The notes: generated by a model not told the origin, from the sequence alone. 62,322 nucleotides of DNA from Candidatus Omnitrophota bacterium (GCA_043797665.1 JAZDPL010000043.1:1-62322); one strand, 5' to 3'. Counted from the first letter of the stretch, positions 31,454 to 42,162 are shown. Translations and numbers: made by a program.

Positions 31454-32199
31454 TGCAATTGCAATTTTGCGGTTGTTCCCTTGTAACCTAAGATTATCTT
31501 GTCCCGTAAGACCTGCTCTATTTTTATTCCACCTTCAATGCCGTCTCCCTTTTTCAGAAAGTATGTCTTGTTTGTCTTGGTATTTTCAATCATCACGTCA
31601 GGGTCTGAGGACCAGGATACACCGACTAACTTCAGGTTTCCCGCCAATTCTTCCAATTCCTCCTGAGGGGTCGGTTCCCTTTTTGGTGGTGGAGTATTTA
31701 TTTCTTCCTCCGGCTGCTTCAATATGGAAATCACTACCTTTTCCGGTTCCTTCTTCTTTTCCGATTCTTGCTTCCCGAAGTCAAAAATATTCCGATGTCC
31801 GAACTTTTCCGTAAGGTCAGGTGGTTCTTTCAAAAGGGCTCCGGTATCTTCTTCCGTTCCCCCTACCTTGATGGCAGGGGACCCGCCTATTTCGTCTTTT
31901 TCTGTTTCTTTTATCACGGGAGGCTCCGCAGTGTAAACCCCTTCTAAGTTACGTGATGGGCTGAGAACGGTGTGGACAAAGTAAATAAGGACTCCCCCGG
32001 TTATGAGCGCCAGTATTCTGGTTATGTCTCTGATATCGGTAAAAGTCTTTCTTTTTTGGGAAAGGCCAGGACCCTTTCGAAAAGAGACATGCGAAAATAT
32101 CCGCTTGCTGCTTGCTCTTACCTGTTCGGTTATAATTCTTTTGGGTGATTCGATCAGGGTTAAGAGTCTTTTCTCTGGTGTCTCTCTAATTTCTGCCAT
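31450..32199 (-). CDS. GspC/PilP-like protein
   Basis: TM, then RNIF, LKLVGVSW..P.VMIEN, YFLKKGD. Directly upstream of the secretin. Confidence 0.75.
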   Translation of the reverse strand: MAEIRETPEKRLLTLIESPKRIITEQVRASSKRIFSHVSFRKGPGLSQKRKTFTDIRDITRILALITGGVLIYFVHTVLSPSRNLEGVYTAEPPVIKETEKDEIGGSPAIKVGGTEEDTGALLKEPPDLTEKFGHRNIFDFGKQESEKKKEPEKVVISILKQPEEEINTPPPKREPTPQEELEELAGNLKLVGVSWSSDPDVMIENTKTNKTYFLKKGDGIEGGIKIEQVLRDKIILGYKGTTAKLQLQ

Positions 32200-33026
32200 C
32201 CGGTTTCCCTTTCTTCCCACAAAACTTCTTCAATTATTTTTTCGTCGATCACCGGCTTGTTGTCCAGGATGAGTTTTTTTAAAGCGTGGTAACACATTGC
32301 CATCACCCGCCGGGGGTACCCGCCGGTAACCTGGTAAATCTTTTTAACCGCCCCGTCTTCAAAAAGATGGGTGCTGCCTTCGTAGCCGGCCTGCTGCAGG
32401 CGGTAATTAATCAAAGCTAATGTTTCTTCCTCATCTAAAGGATTTAAGGTGTATTTAAAACTAATCCGGTCAAAGAGGTTTGGAATATTGACGATGGTAG
32501 AATAGAGTTCTAATTGTCCTAATAGCACCAATTGTAAAAGTTTGAACTGGTTTGTTTCATAGTTCAGGAGAATCCGTAAGACTTCCAGAGAGGTCGGGTT
32601 TAGTTTTTGTGCCTCGTCAACGATTAAGACGATGGTTTTGTTTTCGGTTACCCCCTTTTGAAACAGGAAGTGTTCCAGTAATTCTTTTAAATTTGAGGTA
32701 CTGGTTCCCTGGTTGTTGTCCGTTGGTCCGACCAGGTTTCTTACCAGACAGTCCAGAAAGGAATATTCGTCCTCAAATGACGGGTCAAAGATGAGGTTGA
32801 AGATAATATCCTCTCTTTTCTTTAACTCCTGAATCAGTTTTCGGGAAAGGGTGGTTTTTCCGGTTCCGATGTCTCCCAGGACCACACTTAATCCCCTCTT
32901 CAGCCGTATTTCAATTAAACTGTTGGTCAGAGCGCGTTCATGGCACTTGGAAAGATAAAAAAAGTCCGGGTCAGGACTGGTGGAAAAAGGTTCCTTCTTT
33001 AATCCAAAAAGTTCCAGGTAACTCAT
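32160..33026 (-). CDS. ExeA/GspA-type AAA ATPase
   Basis: YLELFGLKKEPFSTSPDP, GDIGTGKTT, VDEAQ, LLGQLEL, TGGYPR. Confidence 0.92.
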   Translation of the reverse strand: MSYLELFGLKKEPFSTSPDPDFFYLSKCHERALTNSLIEIRLKRGLSVVLGDIGTGKTTLSRKLIQELKKREDIIFNLIFDPSFEDEYSFLDCLVRNLVGPTDNNQGTSTSNLKELLEHFLFQKGVTENKTIVLIVDEAQKLNPTSLEVLRILLNYETNQFKLLQLVLLGQLELYSTIVNIPNLFDRISFKYTLNPLDEEETLALINYRLQQAGYEGSTHLFEDGAVKKIYQVTGGYPRRVMAMCYHALKKLILDNKPVIDEKIIEEVLWEERETGWQKLERHQRKDS

Positions 33027-34093
33027 TTTTTACCGCTCTGTTTAACAATCTCTAAGTAAGATTTGATGTGAGCGCTCTTTCGCAAGTCTTCCAGCCATTT
33101 GGGAAATCCTTCATATTTCTTTATCATTTCCACCCGTTCGTAATAAGACTGACGCCGCTTTGGGAATTCGTTTTCGTCCGCCTTCCTTATTTCCAGAATT
33201 TTAGAGACGCCGTAACCCTTATAAACAGGAACCGGTTTATAAAATGAACCGACCGGAAGTTCTAACATCCGGTAAACCGCATCTTGCGGATACCCCCACA
33301 TATTCATTAAAAATTCTACGCAGACAAATCCCGGTCTCTGGAAACGAAAAACACCGCCGGGACCGGGGTTTTTATCGTTGTTTCTTTGCCAGTATTCAGT
33401 ATCTTTTTTCACCGTCTCTTCACAGAGCTGTTGGTTCTTTTCCCAGTAATCCGAGTCTTTGTTAACCTGTTCGTAAAACTCCTGGGCTTTTTTCAGTTCA
33501 TCAGACTGAACCAGTTCCAGGCTTAAGGTGTTATATTCATTCAGGAATTTTTGGTGGGCTTCTTCTTCGGTTACCGAAACTTTAATGCTGTCGATGACCT
33601 GCTTTCTCAGTTTTTCCACCTTGAGTAAATGTTCGATTTGATTTTCAAACAGGTCGGTCTTGTATCCCAAAGTGTCTTTCGCCCATTTCGTATAGGTTTC
33701 GGGGTCTTTCTTCCAGTCAAATGAGACGTTGTAACTTTTGAGCATCTTGGTTATTTCCTCTTCCGATTCGGTTCTGGAAACGTTAATTCCTCTCCGGAAT
33801 GCTTCGTAGGAAAGCAAGAGTTCGTTCCAGACCTCTTTTTCTATTTCCTGGTCAGTTTTAGGCTCCCCCCGCCATCTGGTACCGAAGATACGGATAATTC
33901 CCTGGGCAAAGTAGTAATTCGAAATCGGGACCGGAATTCCGAAGAACTCGCCGGCAGCCTCTGCCTTTTTTTGTTCCTTGTCTTTTGTTTCTGCACTGTG
34001 AACAAAGGAGGTCAATAGAAATAAAGAGGAAAGGGCAAAGAACACGACAAAACCACTCGTCCACCGGCTGAACTTTATGCTAAGACCTTTCAT
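33023..34093 (-). CDS. Exported SurA/PrsA-like chaperone-type protein (tentative)
   Basis: Signal peptide. Motifs LLSYEAFRRGINVS, VSVTEEE, WLEDLRKSAHIK resemble SurA-N/PpiC-flank segments. Confidence 0.55.
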   Translation of the reverse strand: MKGLSIKFSRWTSGFVVFFALSSLFLLTSFVHSAETKDKEQKKAEAAGEFFGIPVPISNYYFAQGIIRIFGTRWRGEPKTDQEIEKEVWNELLLSYEAFRRGINVSRTESEEEITKMLKSYNVSFDWKKDPETYTKWAKDTLGYKTDLFENQIEHLLKVEKLRKQVIDSIKVSVTEEEAHQKFLNEYNTLSLELVQSDELKKAQEFYEQVNKDSDYWEKNQQLCEETVKKDTEYWQRNNDKNPGPGGVFRFQRPGFVCVEFLMNMWGYPQDAVYRMLELPVGSFYKPVPVYKGYGVSKILEIRKADENEFPKRRQSYYERVEMIKKYEGFPKWLEDLRKSAHIKSYLEIVKQSGKK

Positions 34094-34129
34094 CTGTTAA
34101 TAGCTTCCCCCCTTAGTCTCCTTTAGTTT

Positions 34130-34158
34130 ATAATACTAAAAAACAGATTTTTTGTCAA
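34130..34158 (-). promoter_or_regulatory. Sigma70-type promoter for the T2SS/F-ATPase operon
   Basis: Minus strand TTGACA (34158-34153), 17 bp spacer, TATTAT (34135-34130), upstream of ATG 34093. Confidence 0.7.
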
Positions 34159-34227
34159 ATCAGAGAAAGGTTTTTTCCCTTTACAGATAAGGGAAGAGGA
34201 AGATTACAAAAACTCCATTATTTTGAG

Positions 34228-34250
34228 GTAGCCGCAGGCTTTAGCCTGCG
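34228..34250. repeat. REP-like GTAGCCGCAGG-CTTTAG-CCTGCG palindrome
   Basis: Matches 11267-11289. Confidence 0.7.
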
Positions 34251-34304
34251 TTACGCTTGGGGGTAAGGGATGGGCGGACTTTCAGGCAGGGGAACAATCC
34301 CGAA

Positions 34305-35570
34305 TTATTTGGTTAACAGCCTTACAATTTCCCTCAGTCTTTCCCTTAACTTTATTACCTGTTCATTATTGGGGTCTATTTCCAGGAGTTCGTTCACCAG
34401 TTTCAAAGCCCTTTCGTAATCGTTGGAATCAATCGCTGCCAGGACTTGATTCAGCAGGTCGTTTACCTTTTCAGAGGGAGGGATGGATATTTCTTTTGTT
34501 CCCTCTTCTTTTATGGCAGGTTTTGTTGGTGCCGGGGATGTCGTTGAAGAAGGTAGGACTTCTGTTATTTCCCGATTTACAATCTCCCCAGTTTGTGTTT
34601 CATGAATCATCATGGTGAATGGCTCAGTCTTGGTATAAACGAAGGTCATTGTAGCCACCCCATCCTTGAAACTGGAGGCAGGAATGGAACCGGGACCGAT
34701 GGAACCTGTTCCGGTAGCGGTAATGTATACCTCTTTACCTTCTTTATTATAGTTTGTCACTAAATTATTGCAAAAGTCCCGGGCTTTAATCATAACCATA
34801 AAAGCTGTGCCCGCGGTAACTTCCACCGGTGTAACCACCTCAAAATGGTCCAGGATTCCCGCCTCAATCGCCATCGTCTGTTTACCCATGATTCCTTTTA
34901 CCTCGTCCTTAAAGAAGAAGGTTATGGGACCTGCTTTGGAAAGGCAGGACATATTGATGCTGATAACCCCGTTCCGGAAATCAGAAATTTCTACTTTATC
35001 CGGGTTGACGATGCCGAAACTGTCGGTACTGATTCGGATGGTTCTATTACCTTCGCTTCCGTAATTGGTTATGGTATTGCCGTTTTCGTCAATGGCGGTT
35101 ATTTTTGCCCGAAAAGGTTGACCGGACCTGGTTACCAGCGGCAGGACGGCTTCAAAACGGTCAGGTTTACCGGGCAGGACCACGGTCTTAATTGCCCCGG
35201 AGGCTGAAGAACGTTCCTCGTGGACAGAGATTTCAATCGGTTCGGCTCTGGTGTACCGGCATTCTATGACGGCCGCCCCTTCTCTAAAATCGGTAGAACG
35301 GACAATCGTGGGTTCAAACTTGCCGGTTCCCAGAACTTCAATAGAGACTTCTCTCTCCCGTTCAAAGTAATTTGTCACTAAATTTTCATTAGTATCCCTG
35401 GCTTCCACTTCCATCTTAAAAGATTCGCCCGCCCTGATTTCCGGGGGTATCTTGAGCGTAAAATGGTTTACGTTTCCCGGTCTGGTAATAATCATACCTG
35501 CAGAAGCACCGGATACCAGACTAAAAAAAGCTAAAGGTATTATCCAGAAAGACCCTTTTTTTAACTTCAT
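34305..35570 (-). CDS. Exported protein with three Ig-like repeats and a C-terminal TPR
   Basis: Repeats ARDTNENLVTNY / AIDENGNTITNY / ARDFCNNLVTNY. C-terminal YERALKLVNELLEIDPNN. Confidence 0.8.
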   Translation of the reverse strand: MKLKKGSFWIIPLAFFSLVSGASAGMIITRPGNVNHFTLKIPPEIRAGESFKMEVEARDTNENLVTNYFEREREVSIEVLGTGKFEPTIVRSTDFREGAAVIECRYTRAEPIEISVHEERSSASGAIKTVVLPGKPDRFEAVLPLVTRSGQPFRAKITAIDENGNTITNYGSEGNRTIRISTDSFGIVNPDKVEISDFRNGVISINMSCLSKAGPITFFFKDEVKGIMGKQTMAIEAGILDHFEVVTPVEVTAGTAFMVMIKARDFCNNLVTNYNKEGKEVYITATGTGSIGPGSIPASSFKDGVATMTFVYTKTEPFTMMIHETQTGEIVNREITEVLPSSTTSPAPTKPAIKEEGTKEISIPPSEKVNDLLNQVLAAIDSNDYERALKLVNELLEIDPNNEQVIKLRERLREIVRLLTK

Positions 35571-35711
35571 TACGAACTCCTTTTGTTTAATTTTTATATT
35601 ATATCATTATTAACAATAGATTCGGACATCACAATACAGGAGATGTTTTTTCAACGTGTCTTTATTATATCTTATTACCAAAAGGGTAGTCAAGTTTTCC
35701 GAACCAGCGAG

Positions 35712-35782
35712 CTGCCCGGTGAGGATTCGAACCTCAACGCCCAGCTCCAAAGGCTGGTGTGCTACCATTACACCACCGGGCA
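35712..35782 (-). tRNA. tRNA-Gln (anticodon TTG), CCA not encoded
   Basis: TGCCCGG/CCGGGCA acceptor stem, TGGTGTAATGGTAGCAC D arm, CCAGC-CTTTGGA-GCTGG anticodon arm, GGTTCGAATCC T arm. Confidence 0.95.
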
Positions 35783-35829
35783 ATTATAGGGGTTTAGAGG
35801 TGGCATCTAATGAGAATTATCAGTGGAAG

Positions 35830-37383
35830 TTAGTGACGGAAATGGCGTTGTCCGGTGAGTACCACGACCATTCCGTACTTTTCCGCAGTTGCCAGGATTT
35901 CCTCATCCTTTTTAGAGCCACCCGGCTGGATAACCGCAATTACTCCTTCATCGGCGAGAACCTTCAGCGCATCCGGAAAGGGGAAGAAGGCGTCTGAGGC
36001 TGCGACCGCCCCTTTAGGTTCGAAACCAAATTCTTTTGCTTTCGCCACCGCTATCTTAGCGGAATCCAGACGGGACATCTGTCCGGCACCGATTCCGATC
36101 GTTTGACCGTTCCGGACCAGTATAATCGCATTACTTTTGGTATGTTTTGCTACCGTAAAGGCAAACTTCAGGTCTTCCAGCATAGTTCCGGAAGGTTGAG
36201 CGGTGCTCATTATTTTCAACCCGGTAAACAGCGAATTATCGGCTTCCTGGATTAGGAATCCCCCGCTTACTTTACGCACATCCCGGTCCGCTTTATTTTT
36301 TTGGGACCAGGGCAGACGAAGGACACGGATGTCTGATTTTCGGTTGAAGATTGAAAGAGCCCCGCCGCTGTATTCCGGCGCGACAACGCATTCCACAAAG
36401 CCTTCCGTAATCTGCCGGGCGGTTTCTTCGTCTACCGGCCGGTTTAAGGCGATAATACCGCCAAAGGCACTTACGGGGTCACCTGATTTTGCCTTGCGGA
36501 AGGCGTCTGAAATCTCAGGACCTAAAGCCACGCCGCAGGGGTTATTGTGTTTGACGACTACCGCTGCGTCCTGTTCAAATTCACGTACCAAAGAAAGAGC
36601 GGATTCCAAATCTAAATAATTGTTAAAAGAGAGTTCTTTACCCTGAACTTTCCCGGCATTTACCAAAAATCCCTCCTGAGAACGGAAGCTCTTTTCCCGG
36701 TAAAAGCTGGCTTTCTGATGAGGATTTTCACCGTATCTCAAATCCCCGATTTTTTCTAAAAGAAAGACCAGACGCTCAGGAAAGAAAGCGGTCTCTTTTT
36801 CTCGGTTAAGATACAGGGAGATAACCGCATCATAAACGGATGTTTTTTCAAAGACCGCTATCCCGAGTTCTTTTGCTAATTCCCGGGAGACCTTTCCTTG
36901 GTTGGTCTTTAATTCTTCAATTACCCGGGGGTATTGGGCCGGGTCAGAAAGTACCACTACGTCACGGCTGTTTTTCGCGGCAGCCCGGAGCAGACTTGGC
37001 CCGCCGATGTCAATATTCTCGATGGCGGTTTCTAAATCGCATCCGGTGGAGGCCACTTTTTCGAACGGATAGAGGTTGACCGCTACCAAATCAATGGGAC
37101 CGATTCCTTGCCGTTCCATCTCTTTTTTGTCCTCGCTGACATTCCGGCGGAAGAGAACACCGGCAAATACTTTTGGGTGGAGTGTTTTTACCCGGCCACC
37201 TAACATTTCCGGAAATTCGGTCAGTTCCGAAACTTCGGTTACCGGAATTTTTGCTTCCTGCAATGCTTTGGCGGTACCACCCGTAGAAATGATTTCCACC
37301 TTTAGTTCCGAAAGCGTTTTTGCCAGGTCGACGACCCCGGTCTTGTCCGAAACGGAAATCAGTGCTCGTTTAACCTTAATCAT
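35830..37383 (-). CDS. purH: Bifunctional AICAR transformylase / IMP cyclohydrolase
   Basis: RALISVSDKTG, GRVKTLHP, IDIGGP, LRYGENPHQ, KHNNPCG, SDAFFPF, RHFRH. Confidence 0.97.
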   Translation of the reverse strand: MIKVKRALISVSDKTGVVDLAKTLSELKVEIISTGGTAKALQEAKIPVTEVSELTEFPEMLGGRVKTLHPKVFAGVLFRRNVSEDKKEMERQGIGPIDLVAVNLYPFEKVASTGCDLETAIENIDIGGPSLLRAAAKNSRDVVVLSDPAQYPRVIEELKTNQGKVSRELAKELGIAVFEKTSVYDAVISLYLNREKETAFFPERLVFLLEKIGDLRYGENPHQKASFYREKSFRSQEGFLVNAGKVQGKELSFNNYLDLESALSLVREFEQDAAVVVKHNNPCGVALGPEISDAFRKAKSGDPVSAFGGIIALNRPVDEETARQITEGFVECVVAPEYSGGALSIFNRKSDIRVLRLPWSQKNKADRDVRKVSGGFLIQEADNSLFTGLKIMSTAQPSGTMLEDLKFAFTVAKHTKSNAIILVRNGQTIGIGAGQMSRLDSAKIAVAKAKEFGFEPKGAVAASDAFFPFPDALKVLADEGVIAVIQPGGSKKDEEILATAEKYGMVVVLTGQRHFRH

Positions 37384-37457
37384 ATTTTCCCTGAATTTTG
37401 TAGTCGGGTCGGGTCCCCTTACAGTTGAATCTGTAAGGGCAAGGTGCCTGCCTTGCA

Positions 37458-38378
37458 TTATTTCCCAACCAACAGGAGATAGAGGACAGCCATTCGTACC
37501 GCCAGACCGTTTTCGACCTGCGGTAGAATCACCGAATGGGCATCTTCCGCAATCTCTGAAGTTATCTCAATCCCCCGGTTCATCGGACCCGGGTGCATAA
37601 TTAAAACATCCGGTTTCGCCCAGCGAATTGTTTCCCGGTTTATCTGGTAACACTGGCTGTATTCGCGCAGCGAAGGGAAATAATTCTCTTTCTGTCGTTC
37701 CGTCTGGATACGTAAAATATTTATTACATCAGCATCTTTCAGCGCTTCTTTCAAGTGATGAATCACTATTGCTCCGGTATCTTCAATACCCTGGGGAATG
37801 AGCGTCGGTGGTCCGCAGAAGACCACCCTGGCTCCTGATTTCATCAGACCCCAGAGGTTGGAACGCGCCACCCGGCTGTGGCAGATGTCACCCAGAATCA
37901 CCACCTTTAACCCTTTAATACGCTTTTTTCGTTCTTTAATCGTAAAAAGGTCAAGCAGTGCCTGGGTCGGATGTTCATGGTTTCCGTCACCCGCATTAAT
38001 GACCGCTGCCTTCACTTTTTTTGCCAGAAGGGCAGGGACCCCGGAAGAGGGATGGCGCACAACAAAGCAATCAATCTTCATCGCTTCTAAATTTTCCCCG
38101 GTGTCCAGAATAGTTTCACCCTTAACCACGCTGGAAGTATTGGGAGAGAAGTTGACGATATCCGCGGAAAGGCGTTTTGCCGCCAATTCAAAAGAGGTCC
38201 GGGTCCGGGTGCTGGGTTCAAAGAAGAGATTGGCAACCGTTTTGCCCCGGAGCGCCGGTACTTTTTTGACTTCCCGGGTGGAAACTTCTTTAAAAGAAGC
38301 AGCGGTCTGGAGGATAAAATCAATCTCTTCTGCCGAAATCTCCTCTAAACCCAACAGGTCTTTTCTTTGCCACTTCAT
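37458..38378 (-). CDS. pyrB: Aspartate carbamoyltransferase catalytic subunit
   Basis: [36 protein letters not shown]. Confidence 0.97.
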   Translation of the reverse strand: MKWQRKDLLGLEEISAEEIDFILQTAASFKEVSTREVKKVPALRGKTVANLFFEPSTRTRTSFELAAKRLSADIVNFSPNTSSVVKGETILDTGENLEAMKIDCFVVRHPSSGVPALLAKKVKAAVINAGDGNHEHPTQALLDLFTIKERKKRIKGLKVVILGDICHSRVARSNLWGLMKSGARVVFCGPPTLIPQGIEDTGAIVIHHLKEALKDADVINILRIQTERQKENYFPSLREYSQCYQINRETIRWAKPDVLIMHPGPMNRGIEITSEIAEDAHSVILPQVENGLAVRMAVLYLLLVGK

Positions 38379-38386
38379 AGCACGAT

Positions 38387-38968
38387 TTATTCCATCAACA
38401 GGATTTTATCCTCACCGTCAATCTCTTTGAGTCGTACCTCAATGAACTGGAGGTTTTTGGTTTCCATAAACTTACCGGTAAAATCAGGCTGGATGGGTAA
38501 CTCCCGGTGGTCCCGGTCAACTAAAACTAAAAGTTTTACGGTTCTGGGCCGTCCGAAATCAATGATTTCCGAAAGAGCCGCCCTGATCGTTCGACCGGTA
38601 AACAGGACATCGTCAACCAGAAGGATGTCTTTGCCGGTTAAATCAAAAGGGATATCGGTCTGCCGGACTACCGGATGTATTCCGACCGTGCTGAGGTCAT
38701 CCCGATAGAGAGTTATATCTAAAGTTCCCAAAGGTATCTCCACCCCCTTTTTTTGTAAAATTTTTTGGATCCGGTTAGCCAGTTCCACTCCCCGGCGCCT
38801 GATGCCGATAATGGCTAAATTCTCAAGATTCATCTTGTCCTGAACCTCTGAAACCAACTGATTTATCAGGGTTCCTACTTCCGGAGGACCGATTATCTCC
38901 CTTTCCCATCTCAAGGACGGGGACCCCAATGTCAGATTGGGGAAGGGGACCCGCCTTTCCTTTTTCAC
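38387..38968 (-). CDS. pyrR: PyrR bifunctional regulator / uracil phosphoribosyltransferase
   Basis: [33 protein letters not shown]. Start uncertain. Confidence 0.93.
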   Translation of the reverse strand: MKKERRVPFPNLTLGSPSLRWEREIIGPPEVGTLINQLVSEVQDKMNLENLAIIGIRRRGVELANRIQKILQKKGVEIPLGTLDITLYRDDLSTVGIHPVVRQTDIPFDLTGKDILLVDDVLFTGRTIRAALSEIIDFGRPRTVKLLVLVDRDHRELPIQPDFTGKFMETKNLQFIEVRLKEIDGEDKILLME

Positions 38969-39006
38969 CGTTTAATGATAACATATTATCCCAAAAAGAG
39001 GCAACT

Positions 39007-39669
39007 ATGTTTTTCTTACCGGTTTCTCTGCTTTTGCTCTTAATACTTGTTCTGTTAATACCGGTGTTACTTATCCTTCTTCCGCTCAGAATAGTGGAAG
39101 CGGCTCTGAGCAGATTAGGAATCCCGGGTCCGGTGGCGTTTCTTCTCTTTCTGGCATTCCTTCTGGGCAGTCTCATTAATATTCCCATCGCCACCCGGTC
39201 CGCACCGGCGGGACCTTGGCTCTTTCAACCCGTTTTTGACTTTTCCAGTCCTTTTTTCCGGCATCCGGTTCCTGCGAAGGAAATGACCTTGGCGATTAAC
39301 GTTGGCGGTGCGGTCATTCCGCTTTTAATCGTTTTCTTTTTATCTTTCCGGGCCCCGGTCTTCCCGACCATCGTTGCCTCAGCCATCTCAACGCTGGTCT
39401 GTTATCTGGTGGCCAAGCCGGTTCCCGGGATGGGAATTACTATTTCTCCTTTCGTTCCCTCTCTGGTATCGGTCGGCTGTGCTTTTCTCCTTTCACCCCG
39501 TAACCGGGCACCGGTTGCCTATATTTCCGGGGTTTTAGGGGTATTGATTGGAGCAGACCTTTTACACCTTTTCAGCCTTCCGGTCTCCGGTGGAATGATG
39601 AGTATCGGAGGAGCCGGAGTTTTTGACGGTATCTTTTTAGTGGGCATCCTTTCGGCTCTTTTTGCCTGA
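39007..39669 (+). CDS. DUF1614-family membrane protein
   Basis: GSLINIP, AINVGGAVIP, GVLIGADLL, SIGGAGVFDGIFL. Confidence 0.85.
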   Translation: MFFLPVSLLLLLILVLLIPVLLILLPLRIVEAALSRLGIPGPVAFLLFLAFLLGSLINIPIATRSAPAGPWLFQPVFDFSSPFFRHPVPAKEMTLAINVGGAVIPLLIVFFLSFRAPVFPTIVASAISTLVCYLVAKPVPGMGITISPFVPSLVSVGCAFLLSPRNRAPVAYISGVLGVLIGADLLHLFSLPVSGGMMSIGGAGVFDGIFLVGILSALFA

Positions 39670-39671
39670 GT

Positions 39672-39735
39672 GTAGGGGCTCAATTTATTAAATGTAGGGG
39701 TCGGATTCATCCGACCCGAATACGGGTTTGATAAA
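39672..39735. repeat. GTAGGGG-family REP cluster
   Basis: GTAGGGGCTCAATTTATT and GTAGGGGTCGGATTCATCCGACCCG. Confidence 0.8.
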
Positions 39736-39739
39736 GACG

Positions 39740-40873
39740 ATGCAGAGACAGAGTAAAATAGTTTTTTTGGTGGTGATAAGCCTTTTCGGAGCCACTTTCG
39801 GAATTTACGAAATCCTGATTCCGTTTTATCTCCAGAGCCGGGGTATTACCTTTCCCCGGATGGGTGACATATTTGCCGTTTCGTTTCTTTTTGCTTTCCT
39901 GATGCGCCAGTATGCCGGGTATCTGTCCGACCTCTTTGGCCGCAAGCCCTTCTTTTCCGCCGCACTCTTCCTGTGCGGACTCAGCAATTTCTGTACACCT
40001 TTATTCAAAACAGCCTCGGCCCAGGCATTTTTGAAGAGTCTGAGGGAAGGTGCCTTTGGCGTAAAAGATACGATGCAGTCGGTCATTCTTTACGAGGGCT
40101 CTGAGAAGGATTTCCTGAATATCTATGGTAAAAACCGGGGGACCGAATGGATTTTCCAGGCACTTGGAATCTTACTGGCGGGAATGATTGCAACCCGTTT
40201 TTCTTTCGCCGCCGCTTTCTTTGTATCCGGAGCTATCCTTTTTTTGGCGACCATCATCTTTGTCACTCTATTTCCGCCTGCGGTTCGTAATGAGCAGAAA
40301 CAAAAACTGTCCATTCAGGAGATTTTCTCTTTTGACTTAGTCGGAAAGATGCGTTTCTTAACCTTCATATATTTTATAATCAATGTCCATACCGGTATTT
40401 CCCACGGTCCCACTTTACCCCTTTTCTTTCAGCACCGGTTCGGAATGTCCCTTGCCGCCATTATTGTTGTAATGTTTATCCACCGTTTAGCCCTGGGAAT
40501 GCCGATGCTCCTGGCCGGTAGGGTCAAAGGTAGCCACCTGAAATCTATTTATATTCTGTTTTTGACCGTCGGCGGACTTTCTTTGATTGCAACCCCGTTT
40601 ATCCCTAAGGCTTCCTGGGCTATTCCGGTCTGGCTTGCCCATGACCTGGTGGGTGCGGGTATCTGGGTGCCGATTCACAACTACCTTACCCAGAAACTTG
40701 CCGGTGAAGACATCAGGGGTTTAAGTGTGGCAAAATCATTTGCTTATGCTTCTTTGGGTATGGTGTTAGGGTTTTTCCTGTCCGGTTATCTCTATGCCTG
40801 GGATATCGGTGCGCCCTTCATTTTTTCGGGTATAATTGCTCTTATTGCCGGTATCCTCTTAGTACGATTTTGA
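39740..40873 (+). CDS. MFS transporter
   Basis: GYLSDLFGRK motif A and about 12 hydrophobic segments. Confidence 0.9.
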   Translation: MQRQSKIVFLVVISLFGATFGIYEILIPFYLQSRGITFPRMGDIFAVSFLFAFLMRQYAGYLSDLFGRKPFFSAALFLCGLSNFCTPLFKTASAQAFLKSLREGAFGVKDTMQSVILYEGSEKDFLNIYGKNRGTEWIFQALGILLAGMIATRFSFAAAFFVSGAILFLATIIFVTLFPPAVRNEQKQKLSIQEIFSFDLVGKMRFLTFIYFIINVHTGISHGPTLPLFFQHRFGMSLAAIIVVMFIHRLALGMPMLLAGRVKGSHLKSIYILFLTVGGLSLIATPFIPKASWAIPVWLAHDLVGAGIWVPIHNYLTQKLAGEDIRGLSVAKSFAYASLGMVLGFFLSGYLYAWDIGAPFIFSGIIALIAGILLVRF

Positions 40874-40885
40874 CGGGGAATTTAT

Positions 40886-41527
40886 ATGAGGTACGTCACG
40901 GCCCAACAGATGAAAGAGATTGACCGTTACACCATCGAAAAGGAAGGTGTTCCGGCATTGGTGCTGATGGAAAACGCCGGCCGGGCCGTGGCAGAAGAGG
41001 TGATGAAAACGATAAAGACCGGAACGGTGGGTATTTTTGCCGGTTACGGTAACAACGGTGGCGATGGTTTGGTAAGTGCGGGGTATCTTCACGAAGAAGG
41101 CTACGACGTCAAGGTCTTTTTAGTGGGTAAGAGCCGGGTCTTCAGTCCGGAAACAGAAGAGAATCACCGGAAGATTTTGAGATTAGGTGTAGTACCCCAA
41201 AAGATTGCGGACATTGATGGAATAGAGGAGAACCTTAATAAATCTGCTCCCGACCTCATTGTTGACGCTATATTCGGGATAGGTATCCGGGGACATCTGG
41301 ATGAATTTTACGCAAAACTGATTAGCCGGATTAATCGGTTTAACGTACCGGTGGTAGCAATAGACCTGCCCAGCGGTCTTGATGCCGATACCGGAGAACC
41401 CTGCGGTGGTGAAGCCATCAAGGCAAACGTAACCGTTACCTTGGGTTATCCCAAGGTCGGTTTTAAGAACCCCGGGGCAAAGGATTACACCGGAGAGGTC
41501 ATCGTGGCAGATATCGGGATATATTGA
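40886..41527 (+). CDS. nnrE: NAD(P)H-hydrate epimerase (YjeF N-domain, stand-alone)
   Basis: LMENAG, GNNGGDG, VDAIFGIG, AIDLPSG, ADIGI. Confidence 0.92.
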   Translation: MRYVTAQQMKEIDRYTIEKEGVPALVLMENAGRAVAEEVMKTIKTGTVGIFAGYGNNGGDGLVSAGYLHEEGYDVKVFLVGKSRVFSPETEENHRKILRLGVVPQKIADIDGIEENLNKSAPDLIVDAIFGIGIRGHLDEFYAKLISRINRFNVPVVAIDLPSGLDADTGEPCGGEAIKANVTVTLGYPKVGFKNPGAKDYTGEVIVADIGIY

Positions 41528-41562
41528 CATATTACGGGGAGATGGTTCATAATAGTTACATT

Positions 41563-42162
41563 ATGAAGACAAAAATGTTATTGCTGGCGGGCTGGTTTTT
41601 AATTACGGTAAACTTTGCTTTTGCCCGGGAAGACAAACCGAAGAAAGAAGGCGGACTTCTGGCAACGTTTGAAACAAGCAAAGGCAAGATTACCTGTGTT
41701 CTTTTTGAGAAAGAGGCGCCCAAGACGGTTCAGAATTTCGTGGGTCTGGCTCAGGGTACGAAAGAATGGCTTGACCCGAAAACCGGACAAAAATCTAAGA
41801 TACCTCTTTACACTGGGACCATTTTCCACCGGGTCATCCCGGATTTTATGCTCCAGGGCGGTGACCCGTTAGGCATCGGTTCCGGCGGTCCCGGTTATCA
41901 ATTTGAGGATGAGATAGCGGAAGGCTTGCTTTTTGACCGTCCCGGCAGATTGGCGATGGCAAATTCCGGACCGAATACCAATGGTTCCCAGTTCTTTATT
42001 ACCATAGTACCCACGCCCTGGCTCAACGGTCGTCATACCATCTTCGGACAGGTTATCGAGGGTCAAAAGGTCGTGGAAGAGATTACCCTGGTGAAAAGGG
42101 GTGCCAACGACAAACCTTTAGAGCCGGTGATGCTAAAAAAGGTCATTATCCGCCGGAAATAA
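41563..42162 (+). CDS. Exported cyclophilin-type peptidyl-prolyl isomerase
   Basis: APKTVQNF, FHRVIPDFMLQGGDP, AMANSGPNTNGSQFFIT, HTIFGQV. Confidence 0.95.
   Translation: MKTKMLLLAGWFLITVNFAFAREDKPKKEGGLLATFETSKGKITCVLFEKEAPKTVQNFVGLAQGTKEWLDPKTGQKSKIPLYTGTIFHRVIPDFMLQGGDPLGIGSGGPGYQFEDEIAEGLLFDRPGRLAMANSGPNTNGSQFFITIVPTPWLNGRHTIFGQVIEGQKVVEEITLVKRGANDKPLEPVMLKKVIIRRK

Noticed and set aside
34160..34300. Riboswitch (e.g. c-di-GMP) upstream of the secretion operon
   Set aside because: No recognisable aptamer consensus. The visible hairpin is a REP copy and lies upstream of the predicted promoter.
35712..35782. tRNA-anchored integrative element
   Set aside because: No integrase and no duplicated tRNA 3' end were seen in the window.
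38968..39007. PyrR attenuator leader
   Set aside because: The divergent intergenic gap is too short, and I could not identify a PyrR-binding loop or terminator.
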